DNA of 64,000 bases. Source: an uncultured Nitrospinaceae bacterium. Its GTDB lineage: Bacteria; UBA8248. Of this stretch, positions 1-9,446 are shown piece by piece; the first letter of the stretch is position 1, and every line of letters begins with the position of its first letter. Both the position numbers and the translations under genes were made by a program. The stretch is from the NCBI GenBank assembly GCA_964005815.1, contig CAXFSR010000043.1, forward strand, positions 164,697 through 228,696, read 5' to 3'. The notes below the pieces were generated by a model that did no database searches, was not told where the DNA came from, and was given only the letters and a program-made list of their open reading frames with translations.

Positions 1-734
1 GCTATATCTTGTGGAGTAGAAACAATCACTGCTCCTGCTAGTGAAACTTGTTGAACTATTGTCAATTGCGCATCTCCAGTACCAGGAGGAAGATCAAGAA
101 TCAAATAATCCAAATCTCCCCAAACCGTTTCTGACAAAAACTGAGTCAAAGCCTTCATCACCATAGGCCCCCTCCAAATTACTGGACTATCTTCGTCAAT
201 TAAAAATCCCATAGACATTACTCTTACTCCATGGGCTTCTAAAGGATAGATACGATTTTTTTCATCTGCATGAGGTCTTTCGTTTGGAATCCCAAGCATT
301 AAAGGTTGACTAGGTCCATATATGTCAGCGTCTAGAATACCAACATCAGCACCCTCTGAAGATAAGGCAAGAGCTATATTCACAGCGACGGTTGATTTAC
401 CCACTCCACCTTTTCCGCTGGCTACAGCCAAGATGTTTTTTACTCCAGGTACAGACATCTTACCAGGAGTAACAGCAGAAGAAGCAATATTACTTGCAAG
501 ACGCACATTCACACTTTTAACTCCTTCAAGTGTTCCAACAGCCATCTTACATTCTTCTAAAAACTGGTCTTTTCTTGGATGTGCAGGAGTAATTAATTCT
601 AGAGTAAATGCAACAGAATCTCCACAAATTTGAATATCTTTAATCATTTTAAGACTTACAAGATCTTTACCAAGATCCGGATCTTTAATCTTAGTCAATG
701 CATCTAAAACATGACTCTCGCTTACCTCTTGCAT
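1..734 (-). CDS. apbC: Mrp/NBP35 (ApbC) Fe-S cluster carrier ATPase with N-terminal DUF59-like domain; 3' end outside the window
   Basis: Hand translation from ATG 734 (RBS GGAG): MQEVSESHVLDALTKIKDPDLGKDLV...ILAVASGKGGVGKSTVAVNIALAL...DADIYGPS...WRGPMVMKAL...DLPPGTGDAQL; not in the ORF track. Confidence 0.93.
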   Translation of the reverse strand, partial: MQEVSESHVLDALTKIKDPDLGKDLVSLKMIKDIQICGDSVAFTLELITPAHPRKDQFLEECKMAVGTLEGVKSVNVRLASNIASSAVTPGKMSVPGVKNILAVASGKGGVGKSTVAVNIALALSSEGADVGILDADIYGPSQPLMLGIPNERPHADEKNRIYPLEAHGVRVMSMGFLIDEDSPVIWRGPMVMKALTQFLSETVWGDLDYLILDLPPGTGDAQLTIVQQVSLAGAVIVSTPQDI

Positions 735-921
735 TTCCAACTCCTTATGAACAAACTAAAAAAATTCTTTTAATTAAAAAAAATAGTTATAACATTTTCT
801 ATTCTAAAACATTGAGAAAACAAAATGAAACAATATTGAGACTTGAGACGAAATATTCTAGCAATTATAATTCTATCCGTTTTATGATTTAATCTACAGA
901 TTAACTAAGGAGTCGAAAAAG

Positions 922-1722
922 TTGAATATCATAGTTTGTATTAAACAAGTCCAGGATCCAGATATTCCACCTAGAGATTTTAAGGTCGATGAAGAAAAAA
1001 TGGAGATCTTGCCGCCTGCAAATGTCTCTCCTGTGATCAGCACCTTTGATGAGAATGCTGTTGAAGAAGCAATAGCACTTAAAGAAGAACACGGAGGTAA
1101 AGTTACTGTAGTTACCGTTGGCCCTGAAAATTGCAAAGACTCGTTAAAAAAATGTTTAGCTATGGGTTGTGATGATGCAATCCTCCTCAATGATAGTTGT
1201 TTTGAAAACTCCGATGCTTTTGGGATTGCTCGTATATTAGCAGCTGCAATTAAAAAAGTAGGAGAATTTGACATAATCTTATGCGGAAGATTAAGTAGTG
1301 ACTGGGGATTTGGATCTACAGGTCTTGCTTTAGCAGAGGCTCTTGGCCTTCCGAGTGTAGGCCAATTACAAAAAATTACTGTAGAAGGAACAGAATTGAT
1401 TTGTGAAAGAGCACTTGAGGATGGTGTAGAAGTTGTGAAAGTAAAAACACCTTGCCTGCTAACCGTCAGTAATGAGATAAATACTCCTCGATTACCTTCT
1501 GTAAAAGGCATTCTCATGGCCTCCCGCAAACAACTACCTATCTGGAAAAGCACAGACATAGATGTAGATGAATCAAAGATAGGAGACTCTGCAAACACTT
1601 TAGAACTTACTAAACTTTACAAACCTGTATTTACCGGCAACTGTGAATTTATTGAAGATGAAAGTCTGGAAGAAGCTGCTAAAAAATTAGCTATGCGTCT
1701 TCGCGAAGACAAAATCATTTAG
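922..1722 (+). CDS. etfB: Electron transfer flavoprotein beta subunit
   Basis: IIVCIKQVQD, DENAVEEA, LAMGCD, INTPRLPS motifs; TTG start with AAGGAG RBS. Confidence 0.95.
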   Translation: MNIIVCIKQVQDPDIPPRDFKVDEEKMEILPPANVSPVISTFDENAVEEAIALKEEHGGKVTVVTVGPENCKDSLKKCLAMGCDDAILLNDSCFENSDAFGIARILAAAIKKVGEFDIILCGRLSSDWGFGSTGLALAEALGLPSVGQLQKITVEGTELICERALEDGVEVVKVKTPCLLTVSNEINTPRLPSVKGILMASRKQLPIWKSTDIDVDESKIGDSANTLELTKLYKPVFTGNCEFIEDESLEEAAKKLAMRLREDKII

Positions 1723-1732
1723 GAGACTGACA

Positions 1733-2725
1733 ATGTCTAAAGATGTTCTGATTTTAGCTGAAACGGCAGGTGATAAACTTGCGCTTGTTAGTAGTGAGTT
1801 GTCAGGTATTGGCAGGAAGTTGGCTGATGATATAGGTGGTAATCTAGTTGCAATCATTTTAGGACCAGAAGGTACTAAAGAATTATCAAAAGGCTTAATT
1901 TCACTTGGAGTTGATAAAGTTGTTGTTGGAGAATTAGATATTTTCGATGGATATACTAATTCGTTCTATTTGGAAGGAATTGACGCTGCCGTCAAGGAAT
2001 GCTCTCCGCATACTTTCCTTGTTGCAAACACTTCAATTGGCAGAGATATTGCACCCAGAATCGCATTCCGTCACGATGCCAGTTATGCCCATGATTGTAC
2101 AGAATTATCTTACGAAGATGAAAAACTGTGTGCAGTTAGGCCTATTTGGGGTGGAAGTGCTATTAGCCATGTAAAATCAAAAACAGAAAGCCTTTCCATT
2201 GCTTCTTTAAGAGCAAAAGCGTTGCCAATGGCAGATATTGCAGAAGGAAGAACTGGCGATTTAGTTGAACTGAATATTTCTATGGAATCAGGAGAAACAC
2301 AAATGAGTTTCCTAGAAGCAAAAAAAGTTCAATCTGAAGGAGTGAGACTTGAAGATGCCGAAATTGTTGTCAGTGGAGGCAGAGGACTGGGTGGAGCTGA
2401 GAATTTCTCGCATTTAGAAGAATTAGGAAAGGTTTTAAAAGCAGCTGTAGGTGCTAGCAGAGCAGCTGTAGACGCTGGATGGGTACCTACTCAAATGCAA
2501 GTTGGACAAACTGGAAAAATTGTAAGTCCTAACTTATATATTGCAGTTGGAATTTCCGGCGCAATGCAACATATGGTTGGCGCTGGGCCAAGTAAAAATA
2601 TAGTAGCAATCAATACAGATGCAGATGCGCCTATTTTCCAACGCGCTCGTTATGGCATAGTGGGAGACTATAAGAAAGTCATTCCCGCACTCACAGAGAA
2701 ATTCGAAGAACTTTTACAAAGTTAA
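1733..2725 (+). CDS. etfA: Electron transfer flavoprotein alpha subunit
   Basis: [42 protein letters not shown]-binding motifs. Confidence 0.95.
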   Translation: MSKDVLILAETAGDKLALVSSELSGIGRKLADDIGGNLVAIILGPEGTKELSKGLISLGVDKVVVGELDIFDGYTNSFYLEGIDAAVKECSPHTFLVANTSIGRDIAPRIAFRHDASYAHDCTELSYEDEKLCAVRPIWGGSAISHVKSKTESLSIASLRAKALPMADIAEGRTGDLVELNISMESGETQMSFLEAKKVQSEGVRLEDAEIVVSGGRGLGGAENFSHLEELGKVLKAAVGASRAAVDAGWVPTQMQVGQTGKIVSPNLYIAVGISGAMQHMVGAGPSKNIVAINTDADAPIFQRARYGIVGDYKKVIPALTEKFEELLQS

Positions 2726-2750
2726 AGAAACTTTATTTCTCAGATAAAAA

Positions 2751-3443
2751 TTATTCTTCGATTATTGCAACAGCTCTGATTGGACTCCCAGTTCCCTCCG
2801 AAAACTTAAGTGGAAATCCTACAAAAAGAAATTCACCAATCCCAATCAAGGATTCTAAGTTACATAGACTTTCCATATGAGTTATATTTCTTTCCCAACA
2901 AGCCTTATGCACTAAGGCATTCTCATCACCCTCTTCTGGTCCGGGTCTCATTGAATCAATCCCAAAGCTTACTATTTCTTGATCTGCAAGCCATTCTGTT
3001 GCTTCTACACTTACACCGGGATTATCAGAAGAATAAGCAGGAGTTGGGAAAGTCCGTTCATGATGACCGGTACAAAGCAAAATTGTACCGCCCTTAGGAA
3101 TAGATAATCCAGACTTTTCGACTGCTTCTTGAAGATGCGCAGGAGTAATTATACTTCTTGCCTCCATATGTCGGAGATCAAGGCATATTCCTTTGACATA
3201 ACAATTTTCTAGCGGATATTTATCAATGCTAGTTGCATCTTTGTGGAAATGTCTAGGTGCATCTAAGTGAGTTCCACCGTGATCTGGCATACTGAAATAG
3301 TGAACAGAATTTCCCCAGACATTTCCTGAATCTACAAACGCATCTTCATGAGATTTCCAAACTCCTTTAATTATTGGAGGTTGGCCAGGATAATTTGGAG
3401 TTCTATGATAAATCTCCCTAGTTAAATCTATAAATTTTGGCAT
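2751..3443 (-). CDS. Cyclase family (kynurenine formamidase-like) metal-dependent hydrolase
   Basis: HGGTHLDAPRH (HxGTHxDxPxH) and GTGSPIRAVA; start moved to ATG 3443 behind GGAG. Confidence 0.85.
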   Translation of the reverse strand: MPKFIDLTREIYHRTPNYPGQPPIIKGVWKSHEDAFVDSGNVWGNSVHYFSMPDHGGTHLDAPRHFHKDATSIDKYPLENCYVKGICLDLRHMEARSIITPAHLQEAVEKSGLSIPKGGTILLCTGHHERTFPTPAYSSDNPGVSVEATEWLADQEIVSFGIDSMRPGPEEGDENALVHKACWERNITHMESLCNLESLIGIGEFLFVGFPLKFSEGTGSPIRAVAIIEE

Positions 3444-3459
3444 TGCAAACACTCCTTTT

Positions 3460-4692
3460 TTAGATAGAACATTTCAAAATATGAAGTCCGTGATTTTTAT
3501 CTGTAACATATATGTACCCTCTTCTATCTACTAATACGTCCTCGCTCTGAGTGACCAATGTTTCAGGTAGCAATCCAAGTCTTTTAGTTGGATCTGAAGG
3601 TATGTAATACGCTATCTCTTTTGGAAGATCTGGATCAGAAATATCATAAATTCTCAACCCAGCATTAAAATAAGTAAGATAAATCCTATCTTCTTTTTGC
3701 TCTAAACATTCTAGTCCTTGTGCATGATGTTGATTATGAGGACCAAATCGTCCTCCCCTTTCACAGAAATTTTTGTGAGTATATCCTTTTGGTGGTTCAG
3801 GAACTGGAAACAAACTTTTTAAACGAGGATTCGTCTCATCACTTATATCTATAATTGCCGTATAATTAAGTGGCTCATCGCATTTTTCTTTTAGGGCCTC
3901 ACTATTAGCAATCGCAAAACCCTTAGAAAAATATGGATAAACTGTATGAACAGCTATTGCACTACCAAGAGGAGGATATATATTTAATCTACTCACAATT
4001 TTCGGATTTTGTATATCTTCTATATTTACGACAACCATCCCCCCCCTTGCATAGGGGAGATAGGCTCTTCCATTTTCGGCATGAGCAGGACCATGCTGAA
4101 AGATTCTAAGACCTTCTTGCAACTCCTCTTTTCCATCTTCTTTCTGCTCAGGCAAGGAAAATTTTGACACTTCTTTAGGAGAACTTGGATCACTAACATC
4201 TAGAATTCTATATATCTGACCATTATAACCTGGACAACAAGCAGACAGATGAGCGTACTTGCCACCATTATAGAAATTCCTGTGAGTGCCATCAGAACCT
4301 GTTTCCCAGTGGGACAATAACTTGGGCATAGTAGGATCTGTAGATACATCCCATATAAAGATTCCTTCAGCTTCTGGGGGATCATCTGGTCTAGTGCCCC
4401 ATCCCGGTGGAATTTTCTCTAGAGAAGTAATTAATATTCCTTCTGCTACTTGAACTTGTAAAGTCCAGGTATTATCTGGTCCTTCTATAAAATTCAAATA
4501 TTCAGGTTTGTCAGGTTCCGTTACATCTAAGACACTCCATCCACTGACCCAAAAGTGTGACAAATACAAATAAAACCGACCATTAACTTCTTGCATAGCG
4601 ATTTTGAAAGCAGGTCTATCTTTTAAATCATTGTATCCAACCAAATCGATATTTTTAGATGCAATCGCCTCAGGGGCTTGAGAAATAGCCAA
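3460..4692 (-). CDS. LVIVD-repeat beta-propeller protein
   Basis: Repeated (L/I)xD(V/I)S(D/N)PxxP units and YFNAGLRIYDISDP. Confidence 0.8.
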   Translation of the reverse strand: MAISQAPEAIASKNIDLVGYNDLKDRPAFKIAMQEVNGRFYLYLSHFWVSGWSVLDVTEPDKPEYLNFIEGPDNTWTLQVQVAEGILITSLEKIPPGWGTRPDDPPEAEGIFIWDVSTDPTMPKLLSHWETGSDGTHRNFYNGGKYAHLSACCPGYNGQIYRILDVSDPSSPKEVSKFSLPEQKEDGKEELQEGLRIFQHGPAHAENGRAYLPYARGGMVVVNIEDIQNPKIVSRLNIYPPLGSAIAVHTVYPYFSKGFAIANSEALKEKCDEPLNYTAIIDISDETNPRLKSLFPVPEPPKGYTHKNFCERGGRFGPHNQHHAQGLECLEQKEDRIYLTYFNAGLRIYDISDPDLPKEIAYYIPSDPTKRLGLLPETLVTQSEDVLVDRRGYIYVTDKNHGLHILKCSI

Positions 4693-4724
4693 AAGAACCT
4701 CCTCTTCTTATCTCGAAAATGAAT

Positions 4725-5519
4725 TTAATAACGTGTTGCACTACAACCACCACCATCAATAATAATTGATTCACCTGTAATACATGAAGAAAGATCAGAA
4801 CAAAGAAACAATACTGTCTTTGCGCAATCATCCGGCGTAATAAATCTACCTATAGGAATACGTGACAGTCTCTCACTTTCTACTTCTTCTACTGATTTTC
4901 CAGTATAATCTGAAATTCTTTTATTCTGCATATCCATACGAGGTGTTTTTGTTGAACCTGGATTAATTAAATTTACTCGTATGTTGTCAGGAGCTAATCG
5001 CTTTGCTAGCAAATGTTTATAAGCTGCAATGCCCGCATTAGGAATGCAACCAGAACCCTGTAAAGATGCAGAGTGAAGTTGACTAAGACCAGACGTGAAA
5101 ATTATCGAACCTCCACCTCTTTGCTTCATAGAAGGCACGACTAAACGTGCTAATCGAATTGCCGAACGTAATTTCAAATCAAAAGCAATATCAATTTCCT
5201 CATCTGTCGTATCTAAAGGGTCTGTTCTCCTACTAACACCTGCCACATTTACTAAAAAATCAATACCTCCAAATTCTTCGATACATTTATTAACGACTAT
5301 TTCACAGGCATTACTTTCTGTCAGATCAATCGGAACAGCTATGGATTTTCCGCCATTTTTATTAATCTCAGTAACATTGTTTCTCAAGTTTTCTTCATTC
5401 CTTGCAGTCAATAAAACTGATGCACCAGCACGACTTAACCACTGAGCACAACCCAGACCTATACCTTGACTTGCACCAGTAACAATCGCACATTTTCCAT
5501 TTAAATCAATATTTATCAT
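4725..5519 (-). CDS. Short-chain dehydrogenase/reductase (SDR)
   Basis: TGASQGIG, NVAG, RVNLINPG, ITGESIIIDGG; canonical YxxxK not evident. Confidence 0.9.
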   Translation of the reverse strand: MINIDLNGKCAIVTGASQGIGLGCAQWLSRAGASVLLTARNEENLRNNVTEINKNGGKSIAVPIDLTESNACEIVVNKCIEEFGGIDFLVNVAGVSRRTDPLDTTDEEIDIAFDLKLRSAIRLARLVVPSMKQRGGGSIIFTSGLSQLHSASLQGSGCIPNAGIAAYKHLLAKRLAPDNIRVNLINPGSTKTPRMDMQNKRISDYTGKSVEEVESERLSRIPIGRFITPDDCAKTVLFLCSDLSSCITGESIIIDGGGCSATRY

Positions 5520-5567
5520 TTTTTCCCTATCATATTAGAAGAAATAAAAGATATTTACTTATTAGAC

Positions 5568-6578
5568 TTAGAAAAAATAAGTTTTATCTTTCAATCTTGG
5601 GTACAGATGTGAAACAAATTCAGTATATCCATTGAATATTTGTGTTCTTCTGCTCTGATTAGTCCCCAACATTCTTTCAGTTTTTTGAGACCACCTTGGA
5701 TGATCAAAATTAGGATTAACGTTTGCCCAAAATCCGTATTCTTTAGGTTGGGCAATTTCCCAAAATGTCTTAGGCCTTTCCTCAACAAAGTCTATAGATA
5801 CAATAGATTTTATACTCTTAAATCCATACTTCCAGGGTACGACTAATCGAATTGGCGCACCGTGTTGTTTCGGCAATGTTTTTCCGTATATTCCAGTAGC
5901 AAGAAAAGAAAGTTCATTCATTGCTTCTTCTATAGTGAGACACTCAACATAAGGCCATGAATACCAGGTTTGAAGTTGTCCTAATGCAACTCTACGATTT
6001 AAAAAAGTAGTAAAAACGACATATTTTGCACGACTTGATGGCACTACTCTTTTAATAAATTCAGACAGCGAAAATCCAACCCATGGAACCGCCATTGCCC
6101 AAGCCTCAACACAACGAAACCTATACAACCTTTCTTCCAAAGGCATGAGTTTGATTAAACGATCAATGTCAAAAAGAATCTTTTTTTTTGCAAGACCGTC
6201 AACAAGAACTTGCCAGGGTCTCACTTTCAGTCTTTGTGCAAGCCACGCAATATTCTTTGATGGACCAAATTCAAAAAAATTATTATATCTTGCAGCAATT
6301 ATTTGGTTTGTAAGAGGTCTGTCCAATATATACTTATCGTTTCTTGGAACTACACTAAACCTATCTTTTTTCCCAATTGGCAATCTATTTTCACTATTAG
6401 TCTGCGCAGAGACATTGGAAATGGAAGAGGAACCAAGTATTATTGAGCTAAATGCGTACTTAACAAATTCTCTTCTTTTCAGGTATACATTTTCTGGTGT
6501 GGCAAGAGAATCTTTAAGCTTCCACTTTGAATTAAAAAAAATGTAGTTAACCCCCCTAATATTTCTTAAAGTTTTCAA
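5568..6578 (-). CDS. msrP: Protein-methionine-sulfoxide reductase catalytic subunit (Mo-cofactor, Tat-exported)
   Basis: TPENVYLKRREF Tat-like leader, YNNFFEFG, RFRCVEAW, HGAPIRLVVPWKYGFKSIKSI, HPRWSQ; start placed at the TTG overlapping the upstream TGA (uncertain). Confidence 0.9.
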   Translation of the reverse strand: MKTLRNIRGVNYIFFNSKWKLKDSLATPENVYLKRREFVKYAFSSIILGSSSISNVSAQTNSENRLPIGKKDRFSVVPRNDKYILDRPLTNQIIAARYNNFFEFGPSKNIAWLAQRLKVRPWQVLVDGLAKKKILFDIDRLIKLMPLEERLYRFRCVEAWAMAVPWVGFSLSEFIKRVVPSSRAKYVVFTTFLNRRVALGQLQTWYSWPYVECLTIEEAMNELSFLATGIYGKTLPKQHGAPIRLVVPWKYGFKSIKSIVSIDFVEERPKTFWEIAQPKEYGFWANVNPNFDHPRWSQKTERMLGTNQSRRTQIFNGYTEFVSHLYPRLKDKTYFF

Positions 6579-7813
6579 TCCTGCAACAATAATTTTTCGC
6601 AATACGGAGCCCTAGTCATGTACACAGGCTCATCTTCTGTTACAAGAATATGATCTTCAATCCTAACTCCTGCGCCTCCAGGTATACCATCAACAAAAAT
6701 AAGAGGCTCGATTGCAAAAGTCATACCAGGTTCAAATTTAACCTCTTCAGCTCCAGGCATAACTTCCCCAACATATGGAGGTTCATTTGGAGAAATTCCA
6801 CAACCATGACCAATAAATAATTTAATGAAGTTATTTTCCAACCCTGCGGAACGTGCTACTTCAATGAATTCTTGGGCAGAATCATCGTTTGTATATCCTG
6901 GCCTCATCTTTGCTATACCAGCTTTCAATGCTTTATAAACCGTTGTATAAACTTTCTGTTGCATTGGGTGAGGAGGTCCTCCTGCTAAAGTAGCTCTACC
7001 ACAATCTCCAAAATATCCGTTCCAACATGCTCCAATATCTATAAAAACAACATCTCCGTTTCTTATGATTTTATCCGTTGGGAATCTAGTTGGAGGTGCC
7101 ATGTGTTCACCAGAAGCAACAAAAGGTGATGCCAGATGACCAAATTCTCCACCATGTGTAAAAAGAGTTTTCATTGCTTCTGCAGCTACATCATATTCTC
7201 TAACACCTGGCTTAGAGTTTTCAATTGCAGTCATTGTTACAGAATCAGCAATAGCACAAGCCTGCATCAAACAAGCAACTTCGTCAGGAGTTTTATTTAC
7301 TCTGCTGAGATACATAAATCTTTCACCATCAACGAAATTCGCTTCAGGAAAATATTTTTCTAATGCAGATCTTTGCATAAATGTGTGACCATCAAGTCCT
7401 ATGGTTTTATTTGCAACATCCCAGTCTTTTAGTCGTGGTAAAATTTCATCCTTAACAGTCAAATCAACCAATCCAGGCTCCTCGAGAATACCGATAGGCA
7501 CATAATCCTTAATCCAAGGCATGCATTGCTCAATTCTATGTGCTTCTCCAGATGATGCTAGCAGTGTAGGTTCACCATCTTGATGAAGCAAAACCCCATA
7601 TGTTGTAGACGACCTATACTGAATCATAATCGCCCTCAAACTGGTAAGATATCGAACATTTTCATCTTTCCATAAAATCAGTGCATCTATTCCCTGATCT
7701 TTCATTGCATCCTGAGTCTTTTTAATTCTTTCTTTTCTCATACGCTCAAAATCAATTCGATGTTCCCAGTCAACCATCATACTTCCACGCGCCCAGGTCG
7801 GATATTTAACCAT
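6575..7813 (-). CDS. M24 (Xaa-Pro peptidase/creatinase fold) family protein
   Basis: Creatinase-N-like start; metal ligands DIG..GD, GHG, IEP, RIED. Confidence 0.88.
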   Translation of the reverse strand: MVKYPTWARGSMMVDWEHRIDFERMRKERIKKTQDAMKDQGIDALILWKDENVRYLTSLRAIMIQYRSSTTYGVLLHQDGEPTLLASSGEAHRIEQCMPWIKDYVPIGILEEPGLVDLTVKDEILPRLKDWDVANKTIGLDGHTFMQRSALEKYFPEANFVDGERFMYLSRVNKTPDEVACLMQACAIADSVTMTAIENSKPGVREYDVAAEAMKTLFTHGGEFGHLASPFVASGEHMAPPTRFPTDKIIRNGDVVFIDIGACWNGYFGDCGRATLAGGPPHPMQQKVYTTVYKALKAGIAKMRPGYTNDDSAQEFIEVARSAGLENNFIKLFIGHGCGISPNEPPYVGEVMPGAEEVKFEPGMTFAIEPLIFVDGIPGGAGVRIEDHILVTEDEPVYMTRAPYCEKLLLQD

Positions 7814-7850
7814 TCACATAACCTCCGCTAAATATAAAAAAAATATAGAA

Positions 7851-8849
7851 TCAAATTACGTTTTTTAAATTTGACAAAACTTCAAATGCGTTCTTTTCAG
7901 AAATAGAATCTGGAATTCTTAAAATTGGTTGTGTAATACCTATAGAGTTTAAATTTTGAAGCTTAGCTTTTACCTCCTCTACAGTTCCACAAACAACCAA
8001 GTCTTCTAGAAGATGTTCATCCATAGCTTCGGCCGCTCCCTTTTTTCCATTTTCTTTCCAACCTGCTCTTATCAGATCTGCTTCTTTACCATAACCCCAT
8101 CTAGTTAATTGAGCGTGATAGTAATCACCCATTGCAGCAACATAAAATGCAAGATCAGGTTTAACCTTTTCTCTAGCCTGCTTAGAGTCTTTGTCAGTAC
8201 AATAATAAATGAAGGGTGCGACATCCAGATCTTCTATTTTTCTCCCACTTTTCAAAATACTTTTTTCCAACGGTACCATAGCTTCCTTGAATCTACTAAA
8301 TGGAATACAAAATGGAATCCAACCATCCGCAACCTCTCCACATATAGCAATATTTTTAGGACCATTCGCAGCTAGATATAGTGGAATTTTTTTTTGTACA
8401 GGTTTTCTCCTAAGAGAGAAACCTTTAAGATTAATAGTCTTACCAGCAAATTCTATACGATTCCCATCAAAGATTTCTTTCAGGACACGAAAAAGTTCGT
8501 GTGTACGAATCAAAGGTTCCTCAAAATTCACCGAATGCCAATTTTCATTAATCAGTTTTCCACTAACTCCTAATCCAAGATCAAAACGACCATGAGAAAG
8601 GTTATCTATTTCAGAGGAAGTTTGTGCCAAAAGACCTGGAGTTCGACAAAAAAGATTAAACACAGCAGAACCAATTCTGATTCTTTTTGTAGCCATAGCA
8701 GCAAGCGCAAGCTGAACAGAGGCATCTCGAACCCAAGTCTCAGGAATCCATAATGCATGAGCTCCTGTCTCTTCTACTTTCTTAGAAAATTCTAAAATTG
8801 ACTCAGCACTAATTTGGTCGAAATTCCACAACAAAACTCCAATATTCAT
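7851..8849 (-). CDS. LLM-class (luciferase-like) flavin/F420-dependent oxidoreductase
   Basis: LWIPETW, GRFDLGLGVS, IPLYLAANGPKN, GEVADGW. Confidence 0.88.
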   Translation of the reverse strand: MNIGVLLWNFDQISAESILEFSKKVEETGAHALWIPETWVRDASVQLALAAMATKRIRIGSAVFNLFCRTPGLLAQTSSEIDNLSHGRFDLGLGVSGKLINENWHSVNFEEPLIRTHELFRVLKEIFDGNRIEFAGKTINLKGFSLRRKPVQKKIPLYLAANGPKNIAICGEVADGWIPFCIPFSRFKEAMVPLEKSILKSGRKIEDLDVAPFIYYCTDKDSKQAREKVKPDLAFYVAAMGDYYHAQLTRWGYGKEADLIRAGWKENGKKGAAEAMDEHLLEDLVVCGTVEEVKAKLQNLNSIGITQPILRIPDSISEKNAFEVLSNLKNVI

Positions 8850-9025
8850 ATTTCACCTCAACAACAATAAATTTTTCGTATTTCCAAATATAATAAAGTG
8901 TATCCTCTAAAATTTATTTTTTAAATATTAGATAGAAACTTTAAAATTTTCTAACACGAGAGATTTCAGGAAAGGCTATCAAAGAAAGTAAAACCACCTT
9001 CCTTGATTATTTGAATTTAGAGTAT

Positions 9026-9055
9026 TTGACTTATGGTAATTAGTAGATATAGAAT
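9026..9055 (+). promoter_or_regulatory. Sigma70-like promoter for the HU gene
   Basis: TTGACT-N18-TAGAAT upstream of the start at 9132. Confidence 0.6.
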
Positions 9056-9131
9056 AGTCGACGTTATCAATTCAAAATATTTTGCACTTTTTTAGGACTG
9101 GTGCTTTTTAAATAATCGGAGGTTTTTTCCC

Positions 9132-9404
9132 ATGCATAAAGTTGATTTACAAGAGAAGATCGCAAGCGAAGCAGGTATTTCTAAAGCAGCAGCAGGTCGT
9201 GCCATTGAATCTATTTTGGGGAACATCACAAAATCTCTAAAGAAGGGTGAGAGCGTTTCTTTGGTAGGATTTGGAACATTTAAAATTTCAAATCGCTCTG
9301 CGAGAGTTGGAAGAAACCCGAGAACTGGTGAGCAAATAAAAATCAAAGCGAGTAAATCCCCTAGATTCTCAGCAGGCAAGGGATTAAAAGACGCCGTAAA
9401 TTAA
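9132..9404 (+). CDS. hup: HU family DNA-binding protein
   Basis: [34 protein letters not shown]. Confidence 0.96.
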   Translation: MHKVDLQEKIASEAGISKAAAGRAIESILGNITKSLKKGESVSLVGFGTFKISNRSARVGRNPRTGEQIKIKASKSPRFSAGKGLKDAVN

Positions 9405-9446
9405 ATATTTTTCACATAGCAGGTCAATCAAAAACAAACCAGACAC

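Noticed and set aside
322..1598. ORFs 322..633 (+), 698..892 (+) and 894..1598 (-)
   Set aside because: Antisense shadows of apbC and etfB, or AT-rich intergenic noise; no motifs
9092..9379. 95-aa minus-strand ORF
   Set aside because: Antisense to the clear HU gene
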